Source: Akkermansiaceae bacterium
GTDB taxonomy: Bacteria > Verrucomicrobiota > Verrucomicrobiia > Verrucomicrobiales > Akkermansiaceae
Direction of reading: 5' to 3'
NCBI GenBank assembly: GCA_015062045.1
Contig: SUVJ01000002.1
Location: 1,300-65,299, forward strand
DNA length: 64,000 bases
The notes under the pieces were generated by a model. That model searched no databases and was not told the DNA's origin. It saw only the letters and a list, made by a program, of their open reading frames with translations. This document shows positions 40,474 to 50,325 of this stretch, piece by piece. How positions within the stretch are numbered: the first letter of the stretch is position 1; each line of letters opens with the position of its first letter. Position numbers and translations under genes: made by a program.

Positions 40474-42159
40474 TCATTTAGCTCCAGCAACTTTCAACAA
40501 TTTAACTATCTCAACATGTCCTTTCTCTTTTGCTACGGACAAGGGAGTCTCCTCTCCTGTACTTTTATTAACATCGATTTCAGGAACCTCTAATAATGCC
40601 TTAACAACTTCAATATGCCCATTCTCGGCGGCCCATTTCAAAGGTGTCCCATTTTGACCAATATATATACCACTAATACCTTTATTAACGTCTATTTCAG
40701 GTACAGTTAATAACAATTTAACTATCTCAAGATATCCTCTCTGAGCTGCAGCCTCCAAAGGTGTTATACTGTTTTGCATTCCGTATCTCAATTTGTCCCC
40801 TTCATTCACGTCTATGCCTGGTACATTGAGCAAAACTTCTACAGTTGCGACATCATTACTAATTACAGCTTTTTGCAATAAGTTCTTAGATTTAACCCCT
40901 GCATTTAATAGAGCCTGTACAATTTGTGAGTGTCCGTGCCACGCAGCGTAATCCAGAGAATTCCATTTTCCATCGTATTTACCTGATATCGCTCCATTAT
41001 TTGAAGAACCGGCAGCAATAAAAGCCATAATACACTCTAACGGTAAATGTTTTTTGCAATCCCCTTTATCATGCCACAAAAAATATATACTTAGAACAAA
41101 ATCATAATCTTTTATTTTTTTCTGGCCATCTTTACACAATTTGTAATTATATAAAAACTGTTCAGATTCCTTTCTATACGAATCATCAATATAGTTTTCA
41201 TACGGATTAATTTTGAATGCAGCTTCACTTTGCGCAAAGTTGATTCTCTCGCGTACCACCCCAGCAGCATACGGATCTATAATCTCATAGCGCAAAAGAA
41301 GTTGAACAGCCTCATCAGTTGAGATAATCTCTATGCATCCTGCATCTTTCAACAGCGCTCTCATTTCTGAAGAAGAGGCAAGCTTTAATAATTCTCCCCC
41401 CTTAGCCGGGTTTGTAGAGACCGAACTTGCTTCAAAAAACTTCCTTGCCAAATTGACATTATTCTGACGAACAGCCAATTCTAATACTTCGTCGGGAGCA
41501 CCTAACGTAGCACCGGCATTCTCCAACAACGCAATAGCCTCATCATTGTTATCTCTTGTTGCCAAATACAAAGGAGTAACACCCTCACAATTTTTAACAT
41601 TTGGCATTGCATTAGTCTGTATCAATAATTTTGCTATTCGTAAATTATTTCTACTTATTGCGTAGTGCAATACAGTATTTCCGTTTGAGTCTTTTTCATC
41701 AATATTAACGTTTTTAGTTAATAAAAATTTTACCATCTCTGTTCTAGCATTTTCAACGGCAAAAAACAAAGCGTTCTTACCTTTATCATTTTCAGCGCCA
41801 AGGTTACCTCCTTTTTTTAATAGATTTTCAACAATTTCAGTATTTCCTTCAGCAGACGCCGCCATGATTGCCGTATTACCGTGCATATCTTTTGCGTTAG
41901 CATCAGCTCCGGCTGCCAACAATAAATTAACTCTTTTAATACTACCCTTGCTGGCAGATGTAAGCAATTGCTCATCATACTGCAAAACAGATATACCTAA
42001 TTCAGCTAACTCCTTTTTTGCTAATCGCTTCTCCTTTTCTTCTTCGGAAAGAGAAGCAAATTCTTCCATTGCTAGTCTCTTTTCTTCTTGAGATTCACAA
42101 GAAATCAAAAAGAAGCAACTCGAGATAACACAAAATTGACGAACAAAGTTTTTATTCAT
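40474..42159 (-). CDS. Ankyrin-repeat lipoprotein
   Basis: Lipobox LISC; two ankyrin blocks (GNTAIMAA, GNTVLHYA, GVTPLYLA; TPLEAAAQRGYLEIVKLLL, TPLKWAAENGH). Confidence 0.9.
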   Translation of the reverse strand: MNKNFVRQFCVISSCFFLISCESQEEKRLAMEEFASLSEEEKEKRLAKKELAELGISVLQYDEQLLTSASKGSIKRVNLLLAAGADANAKDMHGNTAIMAASAEGNTEIVENLLKKGGNLGAENDKGKNALFFAVENARTEMVKFLLTKNVNIDEKDSNGNTVLHYAISRNNLRIAKLLIQTNAMPNVKNCEGVTPLYLATRDNNDEAIALLENAGATLGAPDEVLELAVRQNNVNLARKFFEASSVSTNPAKGGELLKLASSSEMRALLKDAGCIEIISTDEAVQLLLRYEIIDPYAAGVVRERINFAQSEAAFKINPYENYIDDSYRKESEQFLYNYKLCKDGQKKIKDYDFVLSIYFLWHDKGDCKKHLPLECIMAFIAAGSSNNGAISGKYDGKWNSLDYAAWHGHSQIVQALLNAGVKSKNLLQKAVISNDVATVEVLLNVPGIDVNEGDKLRYGMQNSITPLEAAAQRGYLEIVKLLLTVPEIDVNKGISGIYIGQNGTPLKWAAENGHIEVVKALLEVPEIDVNKSTGEETPLSVAKEKGHVEIVKLLKVAGAK

Positions 42160-42190
42160 ATTCTTATATTAAAGTTATCTATTTACTCTT

Positions 42191-43528
42191 TTATTTTTTA
42201 ACGGCATTCTTCAACAAGTTGGCACATTCTCCCCTTGCCACATCAAGAGGTTTTTCCCCATCACTATTTACTCTATTTACAGAAACGCCGGGAACAGACA
42301 GAAGTGTTTTGACACACTCAACATGACCATTTTGGGCAGCGAGGAATAGAGCAGTGTTTCCATCATAAGAAGAGATATTAACATCAATACCCGATTGCGC
42401 GACCAATAATTGGATGCATTCATTCCTTCCATTTGCAGCCGCACATAACAGAGGCATCCCTGCATTTACATTTATAGAAGGAGATGACAATAATTCACGA
42501 ACACACTCCGTATGACCATTTGAAACAGCTAAACTTAAAGCGGTATTATTCATATTACTTTTATTAACACTAACTCTCGAATCAGCAAGCAGTATACGAA
42601 CACACTCGGCATGGCCACGAGCCGCAGCGCAGCACAAGGGAGGATACGCAGCAACTTGAGGAGCAGAAGAGGCAATAAAGTTACTCATAGTATCTGAAAG
42701 ATTTACATCCACCCCTGGAGCAGCCAAAAGTAGACGAACAATTTCCGCATGACCTCTAGCAGCAGCAATATTCAAAGCAAAATGTCTATTCACATCAATT
42801 TTTAATGATGATTCTAACAACAATTTTACTGATTCGGTATCACCATTATTAACGGCAGTGCTTAAAATTGAATCATCACATTGATTTCTGTTAACCTCTG
42901 CATCGAGCAAAAGGCGAAGCAAACTATGATTTTTTTCTTTTACAGCATAAGTTAATTCTCTACCATAAGCTGATGGAGGGATGCCTCTATTAGCAAGTTC
43001 GGTTCGGGCTTTTCCTTTAGCTGATAGCAATTGAGCTTTTCTTTCAGCAGCAAGACGTTCTTGCTTCGCTTTTTCCTCTTTCTTTAGTCTTTCTTGTTTT
43101 TCTCTTTCAGCAGTAATCTCTGCACCTAACTCAGCCATAGGTGCTAACTTTTCAAGTTGATTTTCCTTTTCAGAAATTTTCTCATATAATTCATCTATGA
43201 GATTTTGTTTTTCTGTTATTTCTCCATTTTTGGATTCTACAATGGCGCGTTGATTGGAAACTTCAATATTCAATTCATCACACTTACCGAGAAGGATAGA
43301 ATTATCTTGTATTTTTTCTGCAATTTGCTGTTTCAGAGATTCTATTTGTAATGTTTGTAATTTCTCAGCTTCCGTAAAACAAGAATGCTGTATTAATAGA
43401 GCTGAGGAAAAAATTGCCAATGGGACAACACATGCACTGGCCCATATAACGATTCTTTTTTTAGAGCGCTTAAGGGGTGATATAGCCGCATTGCGTTGAA
43501 TATTATTTTCAGATTTATTATCAGTCAT
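42191..43528 (-). CDS. Membrane-anchored coiled-coil plus ankyrin-repeat protein
   Basis: TM segment IVIWASACVVPLAIFSSALLI; E/K/Q-rich coiled coil; ankyrin repeats (ALNIAAARGH, PPLCCAAARGH, TALFLAAQNGH). Confidence 0.9.
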   Translation of the reverse strand: MTDNKSENNIQRNAAISPLKRSKKRIVIWASACVVPLAIFSSALLIQHSCFTEAEKLQTLQIESLKQQIAEKIQDNSILLGKCDELNIEVSNQRAIVESKNGEITEKQNLIDELYEKISEKENQLEKLAPMAELGAEITAEREKQERLKKEEKAKQERLAAERKAQLLSAKGKARTELANRGIPPSAYGRELTYAVKEKNHSLLRLLLDAEVNRNQCDDSILSTAVNNGDTESVKLLLESSLKIDVNRHFALNIAAARGHAEIVRLLLAAPGVDVNLSDTMSNFIASSAPQVAAYPPLCCAAARGHAECVRILLADSRVSVNKSNMNNTALSLAVSNGHTECVRELLSSPSINVNAGMPLLCAAANGRNECIQLLVAQSGIDVNISSYDGNTALFLAAQNGHVECVKTLLSVPGVSVNRVNSDGEKPLDVARGECANLLKNAVKK

Positions 43529-43724
43529 AATAATTAATTTTTTAGATTTTAAATAAAACTACGATTAATACAAAATCTATATACGCTTTCATAAGCCGTA
43601 TTACACCCTACCAAAACACATGGATATTAGCGAGTTGAAATTGTAGTCATGTTTTCATGAAAAGAGCCTGCGGTTGAGTAAAAGATTTTGAAATCATTGC
43701 TATTTTCTGCTTGACTTACGGATT

Positions 43725-44723
43725 ATGAATACGCACAAACATACCGATGTAACAAAAAAGGAACAGGCTGCTATAGAAATACTCAACAGCACGGGGATAG
43801 ATATAATTGAGGCAGCACTGATTGCAAAAACAGCATTAGCAGCAGGTAGAGGACAAATTCAACGAACGATGAAATGTATACACACGGGAGAGGAAGAATT
43901 AAAACGACAGGAAAATACAGTTACATTTAAGAAAGCAGTTGAGGCAGCTCTTGCAGCCAGAAAAGACTGTCGAAACAGAACCAAACAAGATTTTCGATAT
44001 ATAACAACGAGATTTTTAAAACGCTGCAAGAACCTAGCGGAAAGAAAGATGCGCAGCTTGAAAAGCGAAGAGTGCGCTCGCTATTTGGAAGAAGCCTTTG
44101 ATACCCCCTGTCAGAAGGTAAAAGCAAGAAGAATATTAAGTGGAGTATTCAGCACAGCAATCAAGCGTGGCTGGTGTGATGAAAATCCAATAAAAAACGT
44201 AGATATTCCCAAATTACGAGAAAAAACAATAGAAATATTATCAACAAGTGAAATCGAGCAATTGTTACACAGCGCAAAAGAATATCATAATGGCAAATGC
44301 TTAGCAGCTGTCGGAATGATGATGTATGCAGGAATTCGACCTAATGAAGTATCTAGATTAAACTGGGAAGATATTGATTTAGAGAATAAAAGCATCTGCA
44401 TATTACCACAACACAGTAAAACCGGTGGTGCAAGAATGGTTACCATTTACCCATCTTTAGAAAAATTACTCAGCAGTTGCAAAGCAGTCGGTCAAATATG
44501 TCCGACACAATGGTTAAAACACTGGAGAAACCTTAGAAAACAAGCTGGGTTTCAGCATTGGCAACCGGATGTATTACGACACACCTATGCCAGTTATCAT
44601 CTGAAACACTTCCGTAACTACGCAGAATTACAATATGAAACAGGACATCGGGATAGCAACCTACTCCGCACTCGTTATGTGAACCTGAAAGGCGTACATA
44701 ACGAGGCCGATTTCTGGAGGTGA
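43725..44723 (+). CDS. Tyrosine recombinase/integrase
   Basis: YAGIRPNE (Arg), HSKTG (Lys), DVLRHTYAS, ETGH, LLRTRY (Tyr). Confidence 0.92.
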   Translation: MNTHKHTDVTKKEQAAIEILNSTGIDIIEAALIAKTALAAGRGQIQRTMKCIHTGEEELKRQENTVTFKKAVEAALAARKDCRNRTKQDFRYITTRFLKRCKNLAERKMRSLKSEECARYLEEAFDTPCQKVKARRILSGVFSTAIKRGWCDENPIKNVDIPKLREKTIEILSTSEIEQLLHSAKEYHNGKCLAAVGMMMYAGIRPNEVSRLNWEDIDLENKSICILPQHSKTGGARMVTIYPSLEKLLSSCKAVGQICPTQWLKHWRNLRKQAGFQHWQPDVLRHTYASYHLKHFRNYAELQYETGHRDSNLLRTRYVNLKGVHNEADFWR

Positions 44724-44795
44724 AATCATACACTCTTGAACCTTAAGACATGTACTTCGTTATGCCATTTTACATCATGACTCGAATTTACTTAT

Positions 44796-47700
44796 TTAGC
44801 ATGTCAACTTATGCCCGGAGCGGGATTCATAATCGGCGCGTTGGTCCTCTCCAATGGGGCCAACGGCAAAGTAACGAGCCTCGGGGTGATTGAAGATAAG
44901 CGCACAGATGGCGGAAGACGGCTGCATCATGCACGTTTCTGTAAGCGTGGTACCGGTAAGTGCGGTTGCATTCAGCAAGGAGAACACCGTGCGTTTCTCT
45001 TGATGGTCCGGCTGGGAGGGGTAGCCGCATGCCGGGCGAACCATGGCAGAGCCGGCAACGGGCCAAACTTGTTCTGCACAATCCTGAGTGCACTCAGCTA
45101 AGGCCTCTGCGAGCATATTGGCCACGGCTGCGATTAACAGCGCGTTGTAGGGGTCGTTAGCGGCATTGAGCTCTGCGCTCCACTCATCTGCACCGGTGAT
45201 AGCCATTTGCATGGCACCCACATAACCATTTTGCTCAGCCACAAAATCAGCCAAAGCCACGCGAGGTTTATCGGAGATTTTCTGCTGACGAAGGCTGTGC
45301 AACACCGTACCGCCCTGCACCTCAATATCATCCCCACAGCGAGCGGCCGGCCATATACCGAAACATGATCGGGCTTGGATGCGGTTCTCTGCTAAGGCTC
45401 GTTTCAGAATAGCCTCTGCATCAGCACGCAATTTAGTGGCCTCCTGCTTTTTCTCCTCCGTACGTGCAGCATGCATACCGAAGGTACGCAGGGTAATGCT
45501 CCAGTCCGCCTTATCAAGCAACTGCTGCCATGTAAGGGGGAAATCCGGTTGCGGGTGGAGGCAAAAACACCCGGCAGGCACACCTACGGTGAACACACCC
45601 GTGCGCTGCGGGAGCGGTTGAGCAGCGGGCGCATGCAAAGCGCGGGTGCGGGCCTCCTCCAAACTGTACAGCGGAATTTCTTTTTGTTCAAAGCCTGCGC
45701 ATAAACGAGCCTGCTCTGCTTTATATTCTGCAATAAATGCCCCCTTAGCACTACCGATGAGAGCCGTTGCAACGGGTACTATTGTGGAGGCATCTGCCGT
45801 TTGTACAACAACACCGTCCGGATAATGGGGTGCTAATTTAAGAGCCGTATGCAGCGGGCTTGTGGTGGCCCCCCCCACCAACAGCGGGGTATTCATACCC
45901 GCTGCTTGCATGGCGGCGGCCACGGCAGCCATTTCATCCAAAGACGGCGTAATCAGCCCCGAGAGAGCCACCAAATCCGCCTTTTCACGCAGGGCGCATT
46001 CTATGATTTGCTCCTTAGGCACCATTACCCCCAAATCTACCACACGGAAACCGTTGCAGGAAAGCACCACACTTACAATATTTTTACCGATGTCATGCAC
46101 ATCTCCCTTAACCGTTGCCAACACTACGGTGGCAGCCGTTTTTTGTCCGGTCTGAGCAGACTCCAACAAGGGAGTGAGCACTGCCACACTTTGCTTCATC
46201 ACGCGAGCACTCTTTACTACCTGAGGCAAGAACATTTTACCGCTACCAAACAGCTCGCCCACCTGTTTCATGCCATCCATAAGGGGGCCTTCAATCACTT
46301 GCAAGGGGGAGCCGCATACGCCCAATGCTTCCTGCGTGTCGGCCTCAATATGCTCAGTAATACCATTTACCAAAGCATGAGCCAAACGCTCTTGCACGGT
46401 AAGAGAACGCCAATCTGCCATTTTCTTGGCAACCGGCGCAGGGGCACCTGCCCCCGCTGCTTTTAGCGCGGCCTTGGCTTCCGCAAGCTCCTGAGCATAG
46501 GCAATCAGACACTCGGTAGCATCCTCCGCGCTGTTGAGCAATACCTCTTCCACCAACTTACGGCGGTGAGCAGGTATGGTATCATAATTTGTCATTAAGG
46601 CAGCATTGACAATGCATAAATCTAAGCCCCCCAAGGCAGCGTGGTGCAAGAATGCACTGTGCATGGCTTCTCTTACCGGGTTGTTACCACGGAACGAGAA
46701 GGATACATTGGAGATACCACCCGAGATATGACAAAGCGGATGACAACGAGTAATCTCTGCCGCAGCACGGAAGAAATGCAGCGCATGGTTAGCGTGCTCG
46801 GCAATGCCGGTACCTACGGTTAACACGTTGGGGTCAAAAATGATATCCTCTGCCGGGAACCCCACCTGTTGCGTCAGCAGCTCATACGCACGGTGAGCAA
46901 TAGACACACGGTCATCATAAGCACAGGCCTGGCCGTTTTCATCAAAGCCCATCACCACCACGGCTGCACCGTAACGGCGTATGATACGAGCTTGGCGCAA
47001 AAACTCTGCCTCGCCGTTCTTTAAAGAAATAGAGTTGACAATACCTTTACCCTGTACACATTGCAGGCCGGCTTCAATCACCTCCCACTTAGAGGAGTCA
47101 ATCATGCAGGGCACACGTGCAATATCCGGCTCTGCCGCTACCAGGTTCAGGAACCGAGTCATGGCAGCGGGGCCTTCAATCATGCCGTCGTCAAAGCAAA
47201 AATCCAACACGCGCGCCCCCTTTTGTACCTGAGCACGGGCAATTTCGAGTGCTTCTTCATAGTTACCCTCCCGAATCAGGCGAGCAAACTTGGGGGAGCC
47301 GGCCACGTTGCACCGCTCGCCTATGAACATGATACCCTCCCGCCGGTGGTGACGGCACGGCTCCAACCCGGAGAGATACAGCGTGCCATCCGTCTCGCGG
47401 GTGGGGATAACACGTGGGGCATACCCCTGCACCGCCTCTCGTATAGCTGCAATGTACTCGGGGGTGGTACCACAGCATCCGCCCACAAAGTTCAGCAAGC
47501 CTTGCTCCGCATAGTCTTTAAGGATTCCGGCCATGTGGTCGGCAGAGTGGGCATAGCCGCTCGGGCTGAGGGGATCCGGCAACCCGGCATTAGGGTACAT
47601 GCTGATGGCGCAATCTGCCAACTCGCTGAGTTCCTGAGCAAAAGGCAACATCAAATCCGCTCCCAGGGCGCAGTTGATACCAATGGAAAGGGGCTTGGCA

Positions 47701-48485
47701 TGCCGCACAGAATGCCAAAACGCCTCCACCGTTTGCCCGCTGAGGGTACGCCCGGCGCGGTCCGTAATGGTAAAACTAATCATTACGGGGGGTAACTCAC
47801 GTTCATCCCTCAGCTCTGAGATGGCATACAGACACGCCTTGGCATTGAGCGTATCGAAAATGGTTTCGAGCAACAGAATATCCACCCCGCCATCTGCCAA
47901 AGCCACCACCTGCTCGCGGTAGGCGCGGCGCAACTGGTCAAAATTAACGGCACGGAACCCGGGGTCATTCACATCCGGAGAGAGGGAGGCCGTTACAGCC
48001 ATGGGACCAATGGAACCCGCTACCAAACGGGGGCGCGCATCCACGGCTTCTGCAGCATCCGCCGCCTCGCGGGCAATACGGCATGCGGCTAAGTTCATTT
48101 CCCTCACCAAAGCAGCCAAGGGTGCATCTGCCAACACTCTTTCATAATAAGCTTGGTCATGCTTGGCGGCCCCTGCACGGTGAAAGAACTCATGCTGCCC
48201 AATGCAGGTGGCAGAAAAAGTGCAAGTGCTGATGATATCCGACCCGGCATCGAGATATTGACGGCACATATCTCTGATAATATCCGGGCGGGTAAGCACA
48301 AGCACATCATTATTATTTTTAAGATCTTGAGGATAAAGCGTACGGTCTGTAAATCGCTCGCCTCGGTAGTCGCTCTCCTGCAGGCAATGCTTTTGAATCA
48401 TGGTACCCTGTGCGCCATCCAGCATCAGGATACGCTGTTTCATCTCGCTCTCAAGGTACTCTCTACGTGTTTGTGCCGTGCTCAT
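44796..48485 (-). CDS. metH: Cobalamin-dependent methionine synthase
   Basis: [53 protein letters not shown]. Confidence 0.98.
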   Translation of the reverse strand: MSTAQTRREYLESEMKQRILMLDGAQGTMIQKHCLQESDYRGERFTDRTLYPQDLKNNNDVLVLTRPDIIRDMCRQYLDAGSDIISTCTFSATCIGQHEFFHRAGAAKHDQAYYERVLADAPLAALVREMNLAACRIAREAADAAEAVDARPRLVAGSIGPMAVTASLSPDVNDPGFRAVNFDQLRRAYREQVVALADGGVDILLLETIFDTLNAKACLYAISELRDERELPPVMISFTITDRAGRTLSGQTVEAFWHSVRHAKPLSIGINCALGADLMLPFAQELSELADCAISMYPNAGLPDPLSPSGYAHSADHMAGILKDYAEQGLLNFVGGCCGTTPEYIAAIREAVQGYAPRVIPTRETDGTLYLSGLEPCRHHRREGIMFIGERCNVAGSPKFARLIREGNYEEALEIARAQVQKGARVLDFCFDDGMIEGPAAMTRFLNLVAAEPDIARVPCMIDSSKWEVIEAGLQCVQGKGIVNSISLKNGEAEFLRQARIIRRYGAAVVVMGFDENGQACAYDDRVSIAHRAYELLTQQVGFPAEDIIFDPNVLTVGTGIAEHANHALHFFRAAAEITRCHPLCHISGGISNVSFSFRGNNPVREAMHSAFLHHAALGGLDLCIVNAALMTNYDTIPAHRRKLVEEVLLNSAEDATECLIAYAQELAEAKAALKAAGAGAPAPVAKKMADWRSLTVQERLAHALVNGITEHIEADTQEALGVCGSPLQVIEGPLMDGMKQVGELFGSGKMFLPQVVKSARVMKQSVAVLTPLLESAQTGQKTAATVVLATVKGDVHDIGKNIVSVVLSCNGFRVVDLGVMVPKEQIIECALREKADLVALSGLITPSLDEMAAVAAAMQAAGMNTPLLVGGATTSPLHTALKLAPHYPDGVVVQTADASTIVPVATALIGSAKGAFIAEYKAEQARLCAGFEQKEIPLYSLEEARTRALHAPAAQPLPQRTGVFTVGVPAGCFCLHPQPDFPLTWQQLLDKADWSITLRTFGMHAARTEEKKQEATKLRADAEAILKRALAENRIQARSCFGIWPAARCGDDIEVQGGTVLHSLRQQKISDKPRVALADFVAEQNGYVGAMQMAITGADEWSAELNAANDPYNALLIAAVANMLAEALAECTQDCAEQVWPVAGSAMVRPACGYPSQPDHQEKRTVFSLLNATALTGTTLTETCMMQPSSAICALIFNHPEARYFAVGPIGEDQRADYESRSGHKLTC

Positions 48486-48505
48486 ATTCTGCTTTTCTCC
48501 TTCAG

Positions 48506-48534
48506 AAAAAAGGCGGCTTCACCCGGAAGCCGCC
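48506..48534 (-). terminator. Terminator between nuoA and metH
   Basis: Minus strand GGCGGCTTC-cgggt-GAAGCCGCC-TTTTTT, ending about 20 nt before the metH ATG. Confidence 0.75.
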
Positions 48535-48573
48535 ATAAAAATCTTAACTCATATCGAAGCGACACCCGCAGGA

Positions 48574-48966
48574 TTAATCGCGGGGTTTCGGGTTACGGTG
48601 CCACACAATAACACCCTTGCCCAAGGCATAAAGATATGCCACCATCAATACACCGATAAAGGCGGTCATGGCGCCGAAAGCTGCACCGTTGTTCACGACA
48701 AAATCCTTGAAACCCAGTGCCCACGGATACAGGAAAATCACCTCCAAGTCAAACACCAGGAACAAAATGGCAACCATATAGTATTTAATGGAGAAGAAAG
48801 CCGGTGCACCATCACCCTCGGGCACGTTACCACATTCATACGGAACGTCTTGAGCAGGGCGCAAACGTGCTCGACGTCCGAAAATCACACTGAGCACAAT
48901 GATCATACCGGCGAAACCGAACCCGGCGACCAACTGAATCAAAGCTGAAAAGTATTCCTGTAACAT
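48574..48966 (-). CDS. nuoA: NADH-quinone oxidoreductase subunit A
   Basis: PYECG, YYMVAILFLVFDLEVIFLYPWA; three TM segments. Confidence 0.95.
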   Translation of the reverse strand: MLQEYFSALIQLVAGFGFAGMIIVLSVIFGRRARLRPAQDVPYECGNVPEGDGAPAFFSIKYYMVAILFLVFDLEVIFLYPWALGFKDFVVNNGAAFGAMTAFIGVLMVAYLYALGKGVIVWHRNPKPRD

Positions 48967-48982
48967 GGCTGTAACGGAGCAT

Positions 48983-49011
48983 CTTATAGCACTAATTTAT
49001 GGTTTTGTCAA
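48983..49011 (-). promoter_or_regulatory. Sigma70-type promoter of nuoA
   Basis: Minus strand ttttgc-TTGACA-N17-TATAAG. Confidence 0.8.
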
Positions 49012-49164
49012 GCAAAATCCCCCTGCCTACCAACAAAAAGCTCGTGTAACCCAAAGTCTTTCCCCCCGAAAATCAAAAACCTAATGAGCTCAGCGGAAAT
49101 CGATGAAATAGCCTAATCATTTTAATATGAGCTCTCAAAAGATATATTGCAAATAAATCTCACA

Positions 49165-50325
49165 CTACACAGAGGCTGCAAGATTTTCGAGCGTCTGAGC
49201 AACGATAGAGGCTATCACGTAGTCACGGTACCATTTCTTTTCGGCGGGGATGATATGCCATGGCACAGGTGAGGCCGTGGCTTGTAATACAGATTGAGCC
49301 GTTTGAAGATACTCTGTATAATCATCGGCAACTTTAGCACGTTGCTCCGCTGTAATATGCAAGAAAAACTTCAGCACGGTAATGGCATCATCTGTCATTA
49401 ACTGCTCATACGTAGCAATATTATCCAGTTGAGTATCAGACAGAGTCGCAAACATGGAATAGGCGGACTCCGAAACGATAAGCGTTTCATCATCCGGCGG
49501 CACACAATGAGTCAACGCAGGCAGAACATGACGCCCCCCCCGTGTTATGGTTGCCATATCCTGCGGTTTTTCTACACGTGTTAACAGCGGGTCGAACAAG
49601 GAGCTGATGCGCCGTAAACAATTTGTGCGGCGTTTGGCTTGACAATTATCTGCATCAAATAACAAAATTAGCACTTTTTTGCCTGTAAGCCGTTGCTGGG
49701 CAGCGCATATACGTGCCTGCAAGTCTGCCATTTGTGATAAAGCTTCATCCTTACCACCGGCATAAAAAGCGCGGTCGGCAGGGGAGAAATCGGACAAGCT
49801 GCTATCCGTAGTAAAGCGGTAACGCGTTAAAGTATTCAAACTGAGTATATGAGCATCGCAGTCTTTCATATCCGACGGAAAAAACGCTTTGAGAACCTCC
49901 GCTACCACGGGGCGTTTAAAAGAAACAAAAAGTTCAGGTGTTAAAGTTTGAGCAGGCACCCACTCCAACACGCCGAACTCTGAGCCGGAGGGCTCCGGCA
50001 CAGGTGGGCACACCCCCTCACAACGAATCAAATAATACGTTTGCTCCTGCCCGGCCCATTTCTCTCTCTTACGATTTTTGCGGCGGTAATCATAGCTTAA
50101 TCCGGCCAAACGCGCCACAATCTTCAGGCCTGCAAGCGGCAAGCCCGTTTCCTCCGTAATCTCTCGCCAAAGAGCAGCCTCAAACGTTTCCTTCTTTTTG
50201 ACACCGCCCTGCGGAAAATGAATAAAGCGTGAGCTTTGCTTTTTTTTACCGACCAGCACATTCCCCCCGGCATCCATAATAACGGCTGCCACGTTTCTGC
50301 GATAATTGGGGGAGGCGGGGTTCAT
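49165..50325 (-). CDS. NUDIX hydrolase (RppH-like) fused to a degenerate PPK2-like domain
   Basis: YRRNVAAV, FPQGG..ETFEAALWREITEETGL (NUDIX box); C-terminal LKFFLHIT and PWHIIPAEKKWYRDYVIASIV resemble PPK2. Confidence 0.75.
   Translation of the reverse strand: MNPASPNYRRNVAAVIMDAGGNVLVGKKKQSSRFIHFPQGGVKKKETFEAALWREITEETGLPLAGLKIVARLAGLSYDYRRKNRKREKWAGQEQTYYLIRCEGVCPPVPEPSGSEFGVLEWVPAQTLTPELFVSFKRPVVAEVLKAFFPSDMKDCDAHILSLNTLTRYRFTTDSSLSDFSPADRAFYAGGKDEALSQMADLQARICAAQQRLTGKKVLILLFDADNCQAKRRTNCLRRISSLFDPLLTRVEKPQDMATITRGGRHVLPALTHCVPPDDETLIVSESAYSMFATLSDTQLDNIATYEQLMTDDAITVLKFFLHITAEQRAKVADDYTEYLQTAQSVLQATASPVPWHIIPAEKKWYRDYVIASIVAQTLENLAASV

Larger units (their letters stand above)
40458..44933. 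mobile_element. Integrative element inserted in the metH 3' end (4465 bp between cores)
   Basis: Tyrosine integrase next to one junction; duplicated metH tail; shared 11-bp core TGCATCATGCA at 40458-68 and 44923-33; AT-rich cargo. Confidence 0.85.
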
